64,000 nucleotides of DNA from Sminthopsis crassicaudata (Eukaryota): contig NC_133620.1 of the NCBI RefSeq assembly GCF_048593235.1, positions 353,677,261 to 353,741,260 on the forward strand, read 5' to 3'. A program made the translations under genes and the position numbers. The notes under the pieces are model-generated. The model was given only the letters and a program-made list of their open reading frames with translations. It was not told the origin of the DNA and searched no databases. Of the stretch, positions 9,503-19,758 are shown piece after piece. Numbering within the stretch: the first letter of the stretch is position 1; each line of letters begins with the position of its first letter.

Positions 9503-11545
9503 ATGGAAAGAAAGGTAGTTCTCATCACAGGCTGTTCCTCCGGAATTGGTCTGCATCTAGCTCTGCGACTGGCTGCTGATCCTTCAGGCAGCTTCAAAGG
9601 TGGGAAGAGGAGAGCAGGGGCTAAAGACCAGCTATGGAGGTTGGGTCCTGGGCCCTGACTTCAAGTGAGGAGAGAAGGGAAGATGTGAGGTCCTAATTCC
9701 TGGCAATCCACCCTCCTGCTCAGTGTACGCCACTCTTCGGGACCTCGGGTCTCAAGGTCCTTTGTGGGAGGAAGCAAGAGCTAGAGGCTGCCCTCCAGGC
9801 TCCTTGGAGACGCTACAGCTCGATGTGACCGACCCCAGCTCCGTGGCAGCTGCCCGAGACCATGTGACTGAGGGCCGTGTGGACATCCTGGGTGAGACTA
9901 TTGAGACATTTGGGCTCCCTTCTCTCCTTTGGCAGAGGTGGGGTGGGTTTACGCTCCTAGAAGCATTTCTTACCTTCTTTCCTAGTCAGTTAGTTAGAGG
10001 CTGGAGGTGCTTGGGGATCTGAGCGAGCTTTGGAGTTTCCAGTATCTTGTCTGCTTTCAACTTTGTTCTGTCCCATCCGTAAAGACTTAGAAAAGGGTAC
10101 TGAATATAGTTGTTAAATAGTGTTTTCTGCATGCATGAAAAACTGAGCTGGAACGCTTGGAAATCTGAGGATGCCAAAGAGTGGTTAAATTATTAAATTT
10201 GACCTGGGATGTTCCTTCTGCTTCTGGAGGGGAGGGGGAGCAGTAGGGTAGGGACGAAGCGTGGGCTCCTCTCTTCAGTATGTAATGCTGGTCGTGGCCT
10301 GCTCGGGCCACTGGAGGCCCACACAGTAGAGGCTGTGGGCGCCGTGCTGGACGTGAATGTGATGGGAACTATCCGAATGCTCCAAGCTTTCCTTCCCGAC
10401 ATGAAACGACGCCGATCTGGCCGGGTGCTTGTCACTGGGAGCGTTGGCGGGCTGATGGGTGAGTTGGGAAAAGGCAGATGTTGATTATAGGGGTACATGA
10501 GTCGAGCGTAAGCGCTGATCGGGTGTGGGGTTTGGAACATCCAGGATTTAGCTCAGTCCTCTTCTCTCCTGACTCCCAAAGGCTTGCCCTTTAACGCAGT
10601 TTACTGTGCTAGCAAGTTTGCCCTGGAGGGTCTATGCGAGAGTTTGGCTGTGCTGCTGCTGCCCTTCGGAGTCCAGTGAGTAAGCAGGATACCCTCAGGG
10701 ACAGCCGGGGATCCTGCCCCACTAGAAGCTGTGCCTCTTCTTCCACATCCCCTTTCTACAAGTATATTGATCCCCTATCAGAAGCCTTGAACTGTTACAA
10801 AGCTTCCTAGCTAAGTAACAGTTTCTGGGGGTTGTTTCCTCAATGCAAAACAAAACAAAACAAAAAAAAAAGCCCCATTTTTAAAGTCCGTTCTAATACC
10901 AGCGTTCTGATTCCCGGACTTAGGTGCCTTATCATCTTCTAATTCTGGGGGTGGAGGGTGCTGGGACAAGGGAGGCCAGAGGGGGGACAAGGATGACGCC
11001 TCTGGCCCCATCCCCGTTCTTTCTGCGCGCTCAGCATTAGCCTCATAGAATGTGGCCCTGTACGCACCGCTTTCCAAGACAAGCTAGAGGGGGGTCCTGG
11101 CGGAGTACTGGGAAGCGCCGACTTGGAGACCCGGGCTCTCTTCTCCCGCTACCAGCGGCACTGTGAGCGGCTCTTCCGGGAGGCGGCACAGGACCCTGAA
11201 GACGTGGTGGAGGTGCGGTTAGCGGGGACTCCCTCTCTCCCGGGTGGGACACAGGGAAGATCTGAGGAGGCCCGGAGCTGGGGAGAAGGCGACCGGGGCT
11301 GAGGTCCTGTCTACCCTTCTATCCCAAGTTCTTTTTTTTTTTTCTTCTCACAACAGGTGTTCATTCGAGCGCTCCGCGCCCCTTGCCCTGTCCTGCGCTA
11401 TTTCAGCACTGAGCGATTTCTGCCACTAGCCGGACTCCGACTTTCTGATCCTGGAGGCTCTCAATACGTAGATGCCATGCACTGCTCTGTTTTTTCCGAG
11501 CCGGAAGAGGCCAGTAGTGAATCCTGTGCCCCTGAAGGCCCTTGA
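9503..11545 (+). CDS. HSD17B1: 17-beta-hydroxysteroid dehydrogenase type 1 (SDR family), 301 aa
   Basis: Exons 9503-9599, 9724-9891, 10279-10458, 10582-10675, 11035-11212, 11357-11545 (906 nt, GT-AG). Motifs [11 protein letters not shown] (Rossmann), CNAG, VTGSVGG (catalytic Ser), YCASK (YxxxK), IECGPV. Confidence 0.96.
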
Positions 11546-11849
11546 GTTAGAATCACCCGTTTTTTTAAAGCAAACACATGCTCAGTAACTTGGTCTACAT
11601 ATAGTAATTGGTGACTTTTTTGCAAAACATAATTTTCCATAGGGAAGCAGAGATGGGCGCTGTTTTAGGGGCTGGCTTATTGTATTGGAAAAACAACTTT
11701 TGATTGGGTAACAGATTAGATCAGTTCTTACTACTTACTTTGTCAATATGTGACTTAAATTATTCTCCTCTCCCTTCCTTTCCCCCCCTCCCCCGTTTTT
11801 CCTGTGTAAAATTAATTCCTCAAACAAGCTTTTTTAAAATTTCAAACGC

Positions 11850-12090
11850 CTATCGTGTATAAGTCTCTGCAAATATTAGGAAATTGGATTGGTGGCATAG
11901 ATCAGCAATATCAAATATTCAGCTACACTGAATTTGACTTGAACCAGATTAAAATGTAATTTGGAAATGTTTAATAAAATAATACAACAGAACATGAGTA
12001 ATGTTAATATGAGATTTTCTAAGTTAATATGCAACTGAAGGGATCCTTATGAATGATTTAATGGTTCCTTTTTGAGTGTGACACTACTGG
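11850..12090 (-). mobile_element. Probable non-autonomous DNA transposon (MER-like); related copy at ~27650-27765
   Basis: Shares 'aaccagattaaaatgtaatttggaaatgtttaataaaataa' with an opposite-orientation copy near 27700-27765; ends in a hAT-like 'gtgtgacactactg'. Family not identified. Confidence 0.4.
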
Positions 12091-13321
12091 AAAAGATGAT
12101 CCTTCCCAGAACTAACAGTTCTTGGTTTTAAATTACTTTAAACTTCAACTTTGGTTATTGGTCCAGTTTTCTCATCTGAAAAGTGGAGAAACCAGCTCTG
12201 CCTGTCTCACTGGCTATTATGGCAAACTGATTGAGATAAGTGGTGTAAATGAAATTTTAAAAGTGCAGAGTTCCTGAAAATATGAGCAATCATTACCAGG
12301 AAATGTGGGGACAAGCACTGACTAGAGGCAATCTGTCCTGTACTGATTCTCCCTTCTCCCATTACTCCCTGCCCAGCTGCTGGAGGAGGTCCCTTCTAAT
12401 CCCCTACTACAGCTTTCTTCCCAGAAAAGCTATTGAGGCAAACTAAGGAGGGAAATTACCCTCCACAATTAACTCCAACAAGACATATCTTTCCAACTGG
12501 CTGTCTGCCTGTCTACTCTGTAGAGCAAAGTGAAAGGAAAGGTCAGGGTTTTCCCTCAACATATACCCTTTTGTTCAAGGCAGATGGCTGAATAAGGGAA
12601 GACTGGATTTTGACCCTTGAAACTACATTTGAGAGGGGCTATAGTTATTGTACACTGTCACATAAGGGACAAAAGGGAAAAGAAAGGATCACTAAAAAGA
12701 ATAAGGGGCTGTGATCCTTGGCACAGGGATAGAGCTGAGGAAACAAGGTATAAAATAATGAACTCTGGTGGTGGAGGATTAAGTGTTCAAGGAATTGATT
12801 TAAGGAGGAGAGAAGGAAAGGGGAAACATGAAGAAAGTAGGAAGGTCAAGGTGAGTAGAAGATTAAGAAGCAGAGTGAAAAGAGGATATGGACAAGAGAG
12901 ACAGAAAGGAGGCCTGTAATGGACTTGAGGATAGAGAAAACAGCTTGATCCTCATGGGACTGACCCTGGTTTTTTTCCTCAGGATTCTGCTACTGCTACT
13001 CCTTCAACTCCTTTTTTCTTTACTCTGCCTGGAATCCACTCAGGTACAGACTTGTTCCAATAAACCAGTCCCAAGACCATGAAATCTTATGAAAGGGTAC
13101 AGACTGAAATTTATCTCTATGGGCTGGGATTTTTCAGATCCTTGACTTGGATTATGTTCCAGTAAGCAATCATTCAACAAACATCTATAAAACAATTGGT
13201 AGGCAGTTCTGAGAACAGAAAGACAAAATGGTTCCTGGCCTCGAGGAAGAAATGTACATGTACAATATGTAATATGTGCAATATTTGCATATTTACACAC
13301 TTCTTCCCCAAAATGTATCCT

Positions 13322-13600
13322 ATTTTTTTGCTAAGCTTTTATTTTTAATACTATTATTTTCAAAATACATGCAAAGATAGTGACATTCACCCTTGCAAAA
13401 TCTTGTGTTCCAAAATTTCTCCCTCCCTTACACAGTAAGTAATCCAATATGTTAAACATGTGCAATTTTTCTATACATATTTCCATATTTATCATGCTGC
13501 ACAAGAAAAATCAGATCAAAAAGAGGAAAAATGGGGGGGGGGAAAGGTGAAAATGTTATGTTGTGATCCACATTTAGTCCCTATAGTCCTCATTTTGGAA
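13322..13600 (-). mobile_element. L1 3' end fragment
   Basis: Reverse-strand L1 3' UTR ('ttttcaaaatacatgcaaagatag', 'cccttgcaaaatcttgtgttccaaaattt', 'aatccaatatgttaaacatg'). Confidence 0.8.
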
Positions 13601-14390
13601 AAATGCATCCTCTTTTGGACACTTCCCCAAAGGGCTACTACTACCTACAGGGTTAGAGGAGACCTTGTGGATACAGGATTTTAACACTACAATTCCCAAA
13701 CCGCCCCTGGTTTTTCTCCCATTGACAAAAGGCCAGGAACATATTTGCTCAAAGCAAAGACTTTCATTAAGATGGCACACAATAAGACCCACAAATCCTG
13801 AGACATACTCTCCCATAAGTACACAGAACAGCCCTGAGAAAAACGGCCCCAAACTCTAGAATACAGTGGTAGGTAGTAAGGCACACACAGGCAAAGCTCG
13901 GAACTCTTGATACTGAAGGGCTTCAGAGTTTATCCCGGAGGACTCAGAAATCTTACTCCAGTATGGCAGTAACCAACGAGGGGAGGGGGTGGCAATTGCT
14001 TAAAGAGGCTTATAGGTCTTCAGTCTCTGCTGAGCAATTTCTGTGTCTATAGCAAGCTCTTTGTGGCCAAAGGTCTCACTCCTTGAAGGTGTTTCCTCCC
14101 TCCAGTGCCTGCTTCACTTTATATTTATCCGGGGGACCTCTCTACTTCCCAAGAGTGTCTTGATTCTTTCAAAGCTGCTCTACCAAGACGTGGTGGATTG
14201 TGTTGTCTCCTGGTTGAGTTATCAATAGGTATATATTCTAAGTTGTATTTACTCCAGTGGCCTAACTTCAGGGAGAAGCTATTTAAAGACTCTATGGCAG
14301 TGGACCTCAAACTTTTTAAGTAAAGGGCCAGTTCACTATCCCTCAGACTGTTGGAGGGCCAATCACTGTCTGGGGCCCCTCAGCCCAGGG

Positions 14391-15350
14391 CCGGAAGTGT
14401 GCGTTGCTAACCGTTTAGGTTCACGTCACTTCCGGTCTGATTTTGCCATGACCCAGCGGCCCCATCTAGCCCGCAGGCCGTAGTTTGAGGACCTCTGCTT
14501 TATGGCTCTATTAATGAATCGTTTAAGGATAATTTTCAACTCCACCAGTGGTTGATCAATGACTGATCTTTTGGTTTCAATAAGATCTGTCTCCCTCCAG
14601 TGGAGGAAAACAAAAGTATTCCCATGTGCTCGTACTTAAACGCTTGCGCCTCAATTTCCTCAGGTGCAAAATGTCGGATATTACAAGATGGCCTCAGGAG
14701 TCCTCTCCATCTCTACACCTAGGCTTCTGAGTCTCACTTCTCTCAGAGATTCTTTTACCTTGGGGTAAAATGACCGTCGAAATTAGCCGCCAAAATGGCC
14801 TCCAGTCCTGACAAAACCCCGGACTCCACTCGCCTCCGCCCCTGGATGCCTTAATTTCCCACGTGATAGCCCCGCCCTCTCCCATATCTCGCGAGATCTG
14901 GCTCTCGGGGTCCGGGATAGCCAGGATTTCTCCGAGCCCAGAACCTCGAGCTGCCTGATCCAGGACAGGAGCACTTCCGGGTGGAACCCGGGAAGCGGCA
15001 GGAGCTGCAGCGACATCGGGAGAGGGAGCGGCCCGAGTCTGGGAGCTCCGTGAGTACCGGGGAATTAAACCCGGGCCCAGAACCACTAACAAACTCGACC
15101 CGTCACTGCCAGCAGGCGGCTCCGCCCCTTGGATACAAACTCCGCCCCTTGGAGATAGCTAGCCTTCCCCAAGTTTCTCTCTCCTCCTGGAAAACTAGGG
15201 AAGACGAGGGTCCTCACTCTCGGATTCCCTGCGCCGCGGTTCGGCCCCACTCTCTCCTTTTCCAATTAAAAATCAGGTCGCGCATGCGCGAATGATCCAC
15301 CAGGGGTCAGTATTCTAGGTCGCTGGTAGTCGAAATTTACGCATGCGCGC
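14391..15350 (+). promoter_or_regulatory. COASY CpG-island promoter
   Basis: ETS CCGGAAGTG 14391-14399; TCACGTCA+CTTCCGG (CRE-ETS) 14421-14435; YY1-like CAAGATGGC 14684-14692; TCTCGCGAGA (BANP/ZBTB33 type) 14887-14896; NRF1-like CGCGCATGCGCG 15279-15290. Confidence 0.65.
14950..15049 (+). other. COASY: Probable non-coding 5' UTR exon of COASY
   Basis: Strong donor CC|GTGAGT at 15049/15050 and matching acceptor ctcccacAG|G at 15489/15490, upstream of the ATG. The 5' end is a guess. Confidence 0.5.
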
Positions 15351-15530
15351 AAGCAATCCTAATGAGTTGTGTGGTGGGGGAGGTCTTGTCAAGGTTCTTC
15401 CACAGAACCATGCATTTGCGCGGCCATTCACATGACTGCTAGTGCTGTGTGCCCCCAACCCTGTGCCTCTCATGTGTGCCCTCCCACAGGTGCCATCTAG
15501 CGGAACCGTCGGTGACTTGGCAGTGTCAGC

Positions 15531-18500
15531 ATGTCTGCCTTCCGATCTGGCCTTTTGGTGCTAACCTCCCCGCTGGCAGCCCTGACCCCGCGCCTGGCAC
15601 CCATTCTGACCTCCGCAGCCCGGCTGGTGGAGAAGACGCTGTACGTGCACCTGCAGCCTGGCCTCAGCCTGGGTGGGCCGGCCCAGCCTCACTCCAGCCA
15701 CGTGCAGGCCACCGTGGAGATCATCAACCTCATCACTGGGCTCTATGCTGGGGCCGATGCCTATAGGCACCTGGACATCCGAGTGCTGCTGACCAACATC
15801 CGTACAAAGAACCCAACCCCTCCACCTTCCCTTGGCTCTGTGCAGAACCTAGCCCACCCCCCGGAAGTGGTGTTGACAGACTTCCAGACCCTTGATGGGG
15901 GCCAGTACAACCCAGTCAAGCAACAGCTAGAGAGATATGCCACCAGCTGTTACAGCTGCTGCCCCCAGCTGGTCTCTGTGTTGCTCTATCCAGACTATGA
16001 TCCAGGAGATTCTTCTACAGACCCATCAGTACCCTATTCCTCTGCTCTGTGGTCAGCCTCCCCTGTGCCTAAAGCTCCCAAACACCCCTTACAGGGCTAT
16101 AACCATGTGGCAGTAGGGGGAACGTTTGACCATCTGCACAATGCTCATAAGTTGTTGCTTACGGTGGCCTGCCTCTTAGCCCAAAAGAGGCTTGTGGTTG
16201 GAGTAGCAGACAAAGACTTGTTGGAAAGTGAGTAGATGAGTCTGGGGGGTTGACTTGGGGTGGGAGGGTTGGCAGAGCAGGGTAAGATAGATGTTCAAGT
16301 TCAGTAGTCGTGGAAGTGACCTTTGGACATATGCACTTTATTCTTGCTTCCTTTGGATCTGAAGTGTGGGTAGTAACTACGTTAAGCGGAGCCTCAAAGG
16401 CTATTATCTGTGTCTTTCAGACTCCTCCAGGCTTCTCTATCATGATCTCCCTTTTCTAGTTGGCAGATATCCTAGTCATTATAGCCTCTTCCATTAGTAA
16501 CCATTGCTCCTTCTCTCAATCAGCCCCAACAAAACAGACATTTGGTAGCCATCATTTTTCACAATCATAGTCATCTTCTTTTTGTTTTTAGTTTTCTTCA
16601 GACCCCACCATCCATTTTCTCTCACTTCTTCCCTTAGATAAAGTGCTCCGGGAATTACTCCAACCATATACAGATAGGGTGAAACATCTGAGTGAGTTCC
16701 TGGTGGACATGAAGCCATCCTTGATCTTTGACATAGTCCCCCTCCTAGATCCCTACGGTCCAGCCGGCACTGATCCTTCCTTGGAGTGCTTGGTGGTTAG
16801 CGAGGAGACTTATCGTGGGGGGTTGGCTGTCAACTGTCGACGCCTTGAGAATGTAACTCCCTTGGGGAAAATGGGCAGAGGGAGTGGTTGGGGATAGGAA
16901 GGGTGGGTGTATATGTGTTAAGAATGGGTTCTCCAAAGATGGGAGGAGTGATACTTTAGAGAGATACTGGGAATGAAACAGAAAAGCTTGCAGCTTGTGT
17001 GCCAGTTCCTGGGTTGGCTATGGTTGGGTCCTTAATTTCACCCTCTGAGTGGTTTGTATGGGTTAAAAATGAGTCCTGGGTTTCAAGGCAGAGCCCTGTT
17101 AACTTTCTCCATTTTAAAACATCACCCTTTGTTACCTCTACATTTTGCCACAGGGTCTGGAAGAGGTGGCTTTGTATCAGATTTTGTTGCTGAAGAACCC
17201 AGACCACAGTGAGAATGAAGAAGACAAAGTTAGCTCCTCCAGCTTCCGTCAGCGATTGCTGGGAACCCTCCTTCAACCCCCAAATGTAAATACCTTCCAG
17301 GTCCAGGGGATAAAAATTCTAGCCGCCCCTGAGATGGGGAGTACCAGCCCTTAGTGGGAAAATACCTTTCATTACTCTGATATGGGCAACCTATATGCAC
17401 ACATAGGGGCCCAAATGGTTGTCTTGATTTCAATCTTCTAATCCCCCATAGATGGCCACTCCATCCTTGGCTTTTTCTCCTTTTGGCAGAAGAGACCAGA
17501 CCTCCCCTCCAATATCTATGTTGTGGGACTGACAGGGTCGAGTGGCTCTGGCAAGACTTCAGTGGCCATGTTACTGCAAGACCTGGGGGCAAAGGTCATT
17601 GATAGCGACCAGCTGGGACACCGGGCCTATGCACCTGATGGCCCTGCCTACCAAACTGTGATAGAGGCCTTTGGAACTGGTATGTCTTGTAGTGAAAAGT
17701 GAAATTGTAGGGGGCATGGGGAAGGAAGGGAACCAAGAATACAGAAACATAATACTTCTCTTGCTGAGATTCTTATTTTTGGCATCTTAGATATTATCCA
17801 AGAAGATGGAACCATCAACAGAAAGATTTTAAGCAGTCAAGTGTTTGGGAACAAGGTGAGTATCTCTATCTCTAAATCTTTAAAGAGGTCTGTGGCCCAC
17901 ACCCATTCTCCTATTTCCCCCGGACCATGCAGCCTTATCTCAAAGCCCCTTTTTTCCTAAGTTTCTATTTTTTATTGGTAAGGAAGTCTTTTAGTTATCT
18001 TCTTGTAGCTCTCTCCTCCCCCTCCCCCCATCTCCACTTCCGTGCTTTGTTGGTGCAAACCTAAGAGCAGTTGGTTTGTTCTGTCACTAGAAAAAGCTAA
18101 AGAACCTCACCGACATTATATGGCCAGTCATTGCCAAGATGTGTCAAGAGGAGATCAAAAAAGCTGCAGCTGAGGGTGAGTGTGAAGGACAAGAGTTTCA
18201 GAGGACTGATAGGAAAGTTCTTCCCTTGTCCCCTTCCCCTCCCTTCCCCTCCATTCCAGGGCCAGGGCATCCTGCCTAGCTGCCAGGCAAACACATCCCA
18301 GGGAATCTCTGATCCAGGGCAAGTGGCTGGGATGAGAGATCAGTAGAATGACTGGGGTCCACCTGCAGGGAAGACCATATTCGTGATTGATGCGGCCTTG
18401 CTACTGGAAGCCGGCTGGAACAACATGGTCCACGAGGTGTGGACAGTCATTGTCCCAGAGACAGAGGTAACTGGCCCCTCCTATTTGACCATTCCCCTAC

Positions 18501-18872
18501 CTCAGCCCCCACTCTGGGCTTCTGAATGGTTAATGCATTATGTTCTTGGGACTCCTCCGAAGTATCCTCATTGACTATGTGGGTGTCTTCCAGGCAATAC
18601 GGCGCATCATGCAGCGTGATAGTCTGACCGAAGCCGCAGCCCAGGCCCGCCTGCGAAACCAGATGACTAATCAGCAGCGGGTGGACCAGAGCCATGTGGT
18701 GTTGAGCACACTTTGGGAGCCCCATATCACCCGAAGACAGGTAAGGGGGTTGAATAAGAACAAGAGGGAGGAAGGAGGAGTCCTACTCAACCCTAAAATC
18801 TTTTCCTACAATTTTCTTCCGAAGGTGGAAAAAGCCTGGGCTCTGCTGCTGGAGCGCATCAAAAGCCAGTAA
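15531..18872 (+). CDS. COASY: Bifunctional coenzyme A synthase (PPAT + dephospho-CoA kinase), 558 aa
   Basis: Exons 15531-16227, 16638-16852, 17154-17285, 17490-17679, 17791-17855, 18091-18175, 18369-18466, 18594-18740, 18825-18872 (1677 nt). [13 protein letters not shown]-terminus, [11 protein letters not shown] (HxGH-type), VVSEET, KVSSS, P-loop [11 protein letters not shown]. Confidence 0.96.
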
Positions 18873-19174
18873 TCGACTGGTGGACGCTTCTCTTTCTGAT
18901 CCTTGATTACGATGATTGATGTCTATGGTGTGGGAAAGCCCTTGGGGCAGGTCCCGCCCTCCGCGGGGCTGGGCCCAGACCCACGCAGTGCTGAGCTGCT
19001 CCGGCGGCGCGGCGGCGGGGCTCCTTGGAGGCCAGGTTGGAGGCTCGGGCCGCAGGTCGAACCCCGGTACCCTCTGCCGGCCTAGAGGAAGGGCACAGCA
19101 CCCCACTGTCCTCCCTGCTTGGTGTGTCTGGAACCCCACGGCTGGCTGGGACCAGGGATGAGGGCACGGAACTA

Positions 19175-19180
19175 ATTAAA
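19175..19180 (+). terminator. Probable COASY polyadenylation signal (ATTAAA)
   Basis: First ATTAAA/AATAAA-type hexamer after the COASY stop, about 300 nt downstream. Confidence 0.45.
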
Positions 19181-19299
19181 GCCGAATTTTCCTGTAAGAC
19201 TCTGGCTTTCTGTGCTCCTTGCTTCTTGGGACGGTGGCTGAGTGAGCCATTCTTAGGGGCCCCAGACTAAATTGTGGCTGGCCCCGCTGCTGGCACCCT

Positions 19300-19758
19300 A
19301 CGACCGTAATCAGGCCTGCATTCTGGCCATAGTAATCAGGCCCGGCTAAACGTCTGTGGCATTGTGGGAATTGTAGTCACTGAGCGGTCGAAAGAGAACG
19401 TTTCCTCCTTTACGTTACGTAAAGCAAACGCATGAACAAACGTGTCTTGTAGAAATCCCAGACTCCGCCTCCCCCCCCTTTTTTTTTTGAGGATTACTCG
19501 AATCTCAGAAAATGTTAATTTAGGGGAGAGAGTGCATAAATAGAGGTAGAGATTGCTGTTATTGCTCCATACTGGAATTTAAATTCTGGCCTAACACCCT
19601 TTTAAAAATCTATTCCATTTCGCCCTTCTCTGCGCAGGCGCAGCGCGCCTTCATCTCATGCCTTGGGGTTGGTGAACTATGGACCATGTGGGCTTGGGTC
19701 CCGCCCATGGGGGGGGGGGTGCCCTGCACGCGGCGCTTCCGGTTCGTTTGGTCTGACA
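19300..19758 (+). promoter_or_regulatory. MLX promoter (CpG island)
   Basis: ZNF143/SBS motif gcattgtgggaattgtagtc (~19359-19378, reverse = GACTACAATTCCCACAATGC); TTACGTAA 19415-19422; NRF1-like TGCGCAGGCGCA 19631-19642; ETS CTTCCGG 19736-19742. Confidence 0.65.

Noticed and set aside
12983-13065. Possible orphan exon (ttttcctcAG ... CAG|gtacag) followed by AATAAA
   Set aside because: Splice-like signals only; no homology or partner exon could be identified.
18903-19270. Several 60-118 aa ORFs on both strands after COASY
   Set aside because: GC-rich 3' UTR / CpG island; no recognisable domains.
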